DNA from: Candidatus Bathyarchaeota archaeon
GTDB taxonomy: Archaea > Thermoproteota > Bathyarchaeia > Bathyarchaeales > Bathycorpusculaceae
NCBI GenBank assembly: GCA_963720565.1
Contig: CAVRFW010000003.1
Coordinates: forward strand, 1 to 64,000
Direction: 5' to 3'
Length of the DNA stretch: 64,000 nt
The notes below the pieces were generated by a model. That model saw only the letters and a program-made list of their open reading frames with translations. It searched no databases and had not been told where the DNA came from. Shown here in pieces: positions 59,322 through 64,000 of this stretch. Both the position numbers and the translations under genes were made by a program. Positions within the stretch are counted from its first letter, which is position 1. Every line of letters begins with the position of its first letter.

Positions 59322-61493
59322 TTGAGTGAAATTCAATTGCGAGTTGGAGATGCCCGCCAGAGAGACGTCGGCAGAGGCATAGCACGCATTGACCAACGAA
59401 CCATGCAAAAACTTGGGATAAGCGCAGGCGATGTCATAGAGATAATAAACAAACGAACGACCTCGGCTATAGCTTGGCCAGCCTACAGCGAAGACCAAAA
59501 TCGTGACATAATTAGAATAGATGGCTTCACAAGGAAAAATAGTGGAGTAGCCATAAACGAGTTTGTTGTCGTACGTCCGGCAAAAGTAAAGACTGCTCTT
59601 GCCCTAACACTCGCTCCGGTTGACATGAGATTGAACGTTGATGATGACTTCACTAACTTTGTTAGGAACCGCCTTATGGAACGCACACTTGTTGAAGGAG
59701 ACACAACATTGGTGATGATGCTGGGGCACGCAATTCCTTTTACCGTCACTAAGACCCGTCCACACGGAATAGTGAAAGTCACAGCCGAAACGAGACTAAC
59801 CATCTTGAACGAACCAGCACCAGAGTCTAAAGGTCTACCCCGAACAACCTATGAAGACATAGGTGGGCTACATGAGGAAATTCAGCGCGTCCGAGAAATG
59901 GTTGAACTCCCGCTTAGACATCCTGAACTTTTCCAACGCCTAGGGATAGAGCCACCAAAGGGTGTACTACTTCATGGTCCGCCAGGTTGCGGCAAAACCC
60001 TTCTAGCCAGAGCAGTAGCCAACGAGTCTGAAGCTAACTTCTACTCAATAAACGGTCCAGAAATCATGAGTAAATTCTACGGCGAATCCGAGGCAAGACT
60101 GCGCGAAATCTTTCAGCAAGCACAGCAGAACTCCCCTAGCATAATATTCATCGACGAACTCGACGCAATAGCACCCAAACGCGAAGAGGTCACCGGTGAA
60201 GTTGAACGCCGCGTGGTTGCCCAACTTCTTGCTTTGATGGATGGTCTATCTGGAAGAGGAAACGTTATAGTTATTGGCGCCACAAATCGACCTGGAGCTC
60301 TAGATCCAGCGTTGCGGAGACCAGGAAGATTTGATCGAGAAATCGAAATTGGCGTCCCAGACAAAAAGGGACGGCACGAAGTGCTTCAAATACACACTCG
60401 TGGAATGCCATTGGCAGAAGATGTTGACCTCAAGAAACTCTCAGAAATAACGCATGGGTACACAGGCGCCGATTTATCAGCATTAGGCAGGGAAACTGCC
60501 ATGAAAGCACTTCGCAGGTATTTGCCGCAGATTAACCTTGAAGACGAACGTATACCGCCCGAAGTGCTTGAAAAAATGGATGTGCGGATGGACGACTTTG
60601 TCAATGCTTACAAGGAAGTCACGCCAACAGCTATGCGGGAAGTTTACATCGAAGTCTCGACCGTGCACTGGGATGATGCGGGTGGACTCGACGAAGTAAA
60701 ACAGCGTCTTAAGGAAGCCGTCGAGTGGCCTATGAAAACCCCGGAAATCTTCAGCAGGTTAGGAATAAAACCTCCGAAGGGCATTCTGCTGTATGGTCCT
60801 CCAGGTTGTGGAAAAACGCTGCTGGCGAGGGCGGTCGCAACCGAGAGCGAAGCTAACTTCATATCTATCAAAGGTCCGGAAGTCTTTTCTAAATGGGTTG
60901 GCGAATCAGAAAAGGCTATACGCGAGGTCTTCAGAAAAGCACGTATGGCAGCTCCAGCAGTGATTTTCCTCGACGAGATTGACTCTCTCACTCCTAGACG
61001 TGGATTAGGCTTCTCGGACAGTGGTGTCTCAGAGCGAGTCATAAGTCAACTACTCACAGAAATGGACGGGATAGTCACACTGGAAGACATAGTTGTCATC
61101 GCTGCGACAAACAGGCCTGACATGGTAGACTCAGCAGTACTGAGGCCAGGAAGATTTGACAGATTGATATACGTTCCAGAGCCAGACGAAACCAGCAGGA
61201 TTCAGATATTCAAAATATACACGAAAGACATGCCACTTACAAAAGATGTTGACATTAATCAGCTTGCTATTATGACAAAATACTATTCCGGAGCAGACAT
61301 TGAATCTCTGTGTAGAGAAGCCGCTATGCATGCGCTTAGAAGAGACATAGCTGCCAGAGAAGTCACCATGAAAGACTTCCAAGAAGCCATAAAAGAAGTA
61401 AGACCATCAGTCACTCCAGATATGGAAAAATGGTACAAGAGTTTCATGCAACAGATTAAACAGCTGCAAAAACCTGGGACGCCAGTCGCTTAA
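59322..61493 (+). CDS. cdc48: Cdc48/VCP AAA+ ATPase
   Basis: N-domain plus two AAA modules (GPPGCGKT x2, DELD/DEID, RPGRFD x2). Confidence 0.97.
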   Translation: MSEIQLRVGDARQRDVGRGIARIDQRTMQKLGISAGDVIEIINKRTTSAIAWPAYSEDQNRDIIRIDGFTRKNSGVAINEFVVVRPAKVKTALALTLAPVDMRLNVDDDFTNFVRNRLMERTLVEGDTTLVMMLGHAIPFTVTKTRPHGIVKVTAETRLTILNEPAPESKGLPRTTYEDIGGLHEEIQRVREMVELPLRHPELFQRLGIEPPKGVLLHGPPGCGKTLLARAVANESEANFYSINGPEIMSKFYGESEARLREIFQQAQQNSPSIIFIDELDAIAPKREEVTGEVERRVVAQLLALMDGLSGRGNVIVIGATNRPGALDPALRRPGRFDREIEIGVPDKKGRHEVLQIHTRGMPLAEDVDLKKLSEITHGYTGADLSALGRETAMKALRRYLPQINLEDERIPPEVLEKMDVRMDDFVNAYKEVTPTAMREVYIEVSTVHWDDAGGLDEVKQRLKEAVEWPMKTPEIFSRLGIKPPKGILLYGPPGCGKTLLARAVATESEANFISIKGPEVFSKWVGESEKAIREVFRKARMAAPAVIFLDEIDSLTPRRGLGFSDSGVSERVISQLLTEMDGIVTLEDIVVIAATNRPDMVDSAVLRPGRFDRLIYVPEPDETSRIQIFKIYTKDMPLTKDVDINQLAIMTKYYSGADIESLCREAAMHALRRDIAAREVTMKDFQEAIKEVRPSVTPDMEKWYKSFMQQIKQLQKPGTPVA

Positions 61494-61502
61494 GGAGAAT
61501 AC

Positions 61503-61736
61503 TTGATGCCGGCAATTAGAACTTGGAAAACCCGACCTACTTACTTTGTAGTGCTGGAAATACTCAACAAGAAAGGCGATATGACTGATGATGATCTTTT
61601 CGACGATTTGAAAGAGGAGTTTGAAGACGTGGGATACAAAGATTTCAACGATATCCTTTTGATGTTAGAGGTCAGCGGTAAAGTCCGCATTTCCTCCATG
61701 TCTCGTGGAAAGAGACGCGTAGAACTTGTTCAGTAA
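61503..61736 (+). CDS. small winged-helix-like protein downstream of cdc48
   Basis: 77 aa, GGAG RBS, helix-helix-helix-wing pattern (LLMLEVSGKVRI). Confidence 0.7.
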   Translation: MMPAIRTWKTRPTYFVVLEILNKKGDMTDDDLFDDLKEEFEDVGYKDFNDILLMLEVSGKVRISSMSRGKRRVELVQ

Positions 61737-61776
61737 GCCAAATACAATTTTGGGCAACCTGCAATCATCGAAATAT

Positions 61777-62994
61777 ATGAAAGACATTGTAGTTGTCGGG
61801 GGCGGACCTTCAGGCTCCTTCACAGCACTAAACTTGGCTAAGATGGGTGCTAAAGTTACAGTATTTGAGGAGCACGAAAAAATCGGCTTGCCCTCGCATT
61901 GTGCAGGGCACATCAGTATTCGAAGCTTGAAAAACTTGGGGCTGTATCCACTTCCTGAAAGCATCCTCGAAAACACCTTTTCCCAAGCCAACTTCTATTC
62001 TCCAACAGGTTTCAAATTTTCCGTTCACCTCGGAAAGCCGGTTACTTGCTCTCTTAACCGTGAAGCTTTCGACAAGCTCATAGCAGAAAAAGCTGAAGCT
62101 GCTGGAGCAAGTTACCATCTAAAATCTCGTGTTCAATCCCTAATAGTAAAGAATAATGTCGTTAAAGGCGTGACTGTTAAGCAAAGTGGCGGCACAGAGA
62201 AGAGTGTTCCGGCCAAAATTGTGGTTGATGCTGAAGGCATTTCTTCCAGGCTTCTGAGGCAAGCTGGTTTATCGCCATTTAATCGTAACAGCCTTGTTTA
62301 CACCGTTGAGGCCGAAGTGGAAGGCGTCAAAGACATGGAACTTAACGCTGTTGATGTCTATATGGGTAAAATGTTTGCCCCAGGTTTTTACGCATGGCTT
62401 ATTCCAAGGTTTGACGGAACCGCGAAAGTAGGGCTCGCAACAAAAAGTGGGAATCCCAAAGAATCCTTAACGTGGCTCATGTCGAATCATCCAGGAGCCA
62501 CTAAGAAACTCGGAAGGGCGAAAATCACTCAAACCTCATTTCATTCAATATCTTTGGGCGGAACCATATCCAAAGCCTTTTCAAGTGGGTTCATAGCCGT
62601 GGGCGATGCAGCTTCCCAAATTAAACCAACCACAGGAGGAGGGGTGATCTTCGGCCTAACATGTGCACGTATCGCAGCGCAAGTCATCAATGAGGCTTTA
62701 GAGAAGAATGACGTGTCCTCAGCTTTTCTCCAGTTATACCAGCAACGTTGTAGGGAGACTTTGGGTTTCGACCTTAATGTTATGTTAAGGATAAGACATT
62801 TTCTAGATTCACTTTCAGACGAGAAAGTTGACAGGGTTCTGCGATTCTGCGCGAAATTTGGTCTATCCGAAACATTGGCAAACGTCGACGAAATAGACTT
62901 TCAGGGACAGACACTTCTAAAAGTCTTGACTAAGCCTTCTGTTTTTGTTGCTCTAACATATTTTATGCTGCTTTATTTATCCGTAAACCCTTAA
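61777..62994 (+). CDS. geranylgeranyl reductase-family FAD oxidoreductase
   Basis: VVGGGPSG, CAG, DAEG, PGFYAWLIP, VGDAA..KPTTGGG. Confidence 0.9.
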   Translation: MKDIVVVGGGPSGSFTALNLAKMGAKVTVFEEHEKIGLPSHCAGHISIRSLKNLGLYPLPESILENTFSQANFYSPTGFKFSVHLGKPVTCSLNREAFDKLIAEKAEAAGASYHLKSRVQSLIVKNNVVKGVTVKQSGGTEKSVPAKIVVDAEGISSRLLRQAGLSPFNRNSLVYTVEAEVEGVKDMELNAVDVYMGKMFAPGFYAWLIPRFDGTAKVGLATKSGNPKESLTWLMSNHPGATKKLGRAKITQTSFHSISLGGTISKAFSSGFIAVGDAASQIKPTTGGGVIFGLTCARIAAQVINEALEKNDVSSAFLQLYQQRCRETLGFDLNVMLRIRHFLDSLSDEKVDRVLRFCAKFGLSETLANVDEIDFQGQTLLKVLTKPSVFVALTYFMLLYLSVNP

Positions 62995-63039
62995 GACTCC
63001 GGGGAAGCAAACTGGTAGAGATGGTGGGAAAGAAATATT

Positions 63040-63402
63040 ATGGTTGAATTTGAGTATAAACAAGTCCTCGTTTTTCGTTCGGATTTGAAGCTGAGCAAAG
63101 GAAAACTGGCTGCTCAAGCTGGACACGCGGCGGTTTCTACAGCGGAGGAAGCCCGGAAACGCCACAGGGACTGGTGGGAATCTTGGATGTTCGAGGGGCA
63201 ACGCAAGATAGCCGTTAAGGTCAAGGACGAAACAGAACTTTCGGAGCTTGAGGAAGAAGCAGGTAACTTGGGTTTGCCTCATGCTTTGATTGTTGATCGT
63301 GGCCTAACGGAGATACCTGAAGGCACGGTCACCTGTCTTGGGATTGGCCCCGCACCTGCGGAAAAAATAGACCGCCTAACGGGGAGGCTATCCTTACTAT
63401 AG
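63040..63402 (+). CDS. pth2: peptidyl-tRNA hydrolase Pth2
   Basis: KQVLV.R.DL.LSKGKLAAQAGHA, DRGLTE, GIGP. Confidence 0.95.
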   Translation: MVEFEYKQVLVFRSDLKLSKGKLAAQAGHAAVSTAEEARKRHRDWWESWMFEGQRKIAVKVKDETELSELEEEAGNLGLPHALIVDRGLTEIPEGTVTCLGIGPAPAEKIDRLTGRLSLL

Positions 63403-63423
63403 TTTTTTGGCGAGTGCCCACAT

Positions 63424-64000
63424 TTGTCTGTCCCGAAGCTTGAAGAACTACTTGGTATAGGAGTTTACGCCTCCAAAACATCAGGCATTAATGGAGTCAT
63501 CAAGCAATCTGTTGACGATTTCGTTGTAGAAGAGGTTCTTGTCGATGGTTCAAAAGCCCAAATTGACAATTCCACAGAGAAACCCGCTTTGGGAGCGACG
63601 CTTGCAAAACAGCGATATCTGCTTTGTGTCTTGGTAAAACGCGGCTGGGACACATTCATCGCAGTCAAAAACATAGCCCAGCAACTATGCAAAAGTCAAA
63701 ATCAAATTCAAATCGCAGGAATAAAAGACGGTAAAGCACTAACTGCCCAATACATAACAATCGAACAAGCTTCAATGGCAGACACTGCCAATGTAACTGT
63801 AAAAGACATAGAGCTTCGTCCAGTAGGATACCTCCGCGAAGCATTGTCTACTTATTACCTATTAGGCAACAGCTTCAGAATAAAAATAAGGGATATTCGC
63901 AAATCAGAATCAGATGTCAAAAAACAGATTGCAGATACGATCCAAGAGCTTGAGCTTGCCGGTGGAATTCCCAATTTCTTTGGGCACCAACGTTTCGGAA
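63424..64000 (+). CDS. truD: tRNA pseudouridine(13) synthase TruD, 3'-truncated by the window edge
   Basis: DFVVEE, AGIKD catalytic motif, GNSFRI, GIPNFFGHQRFG; open to window end. Confidence 0.92.
   Translation, partial: MSVPKLEELLGIGVYASKTSGINGVIKQSVDDFVVEEVLVDGSKAQIDNSTEKPALGATLAKQRYLLCVLVKRGWDTFIAVKNIAQQLCKSQNQIQIAGIKDGKALTAQYITIEQASMADTANVTVKDIELRPVGYLREALSTYYLLGNSFRIKIRDIRKSESDVKKQIADTIQELELAGGIPNFFGHQRFG

Noticed and set aside
1..64000. CRISPR array, rRNA, integrase/transposase, or an element integrated at either tRNA
   Set aside because: No regularly spaced repeats, rRNA signatures or recombinase motifs, and no duplicated tRNA 3' end was seen by eye

Overview
Archaeal chromosomal window, most likely Candidatus Bathyarchaeia. 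This is inferred from the PQQ-like beta-propeller/Lrp cassette, the divergent EF-2 paralog, Mvh/Hdr genes and the Cdc48-GGR-Pth2-TruD block. About 1-18 kb is an accessory region with a zinc-ribbon operon, a 5'-nucleotidase and at least nine intact or decayed toxin-antitoxin-type loci, interleaved with metabolic genes (TIGR00300 ornithine cyclodeaminase, a COG2403/ArcE-like ATPase, a kinase, FrhB-like). About 18-42 kb holds an EF-2 paralog lacking the diphthamide His, OGG1, two tRNAs, two tandem tungsten AOR/ferredoxin pairs, SerA, a 4-kb surface-protein/Lrp cassette bounded by a 23-bp direct repeat, ilvC, arsB and an acyl-CoA ligase-GNAT fusion. About 42-52 kb is a HoxEFUYH hydrogenase followed by HdrCB-MvhGA with no HdrA or MvhD. 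About 52-64 kb is housekeeping. About a dozen genes, including RNase Z, carry single-base frameshifts that are most likely sequencing/assembly indels. No CRISPR array, rRNA, integrase or transposase was seen. All calls come from reading motifs by eye; no database search was run.
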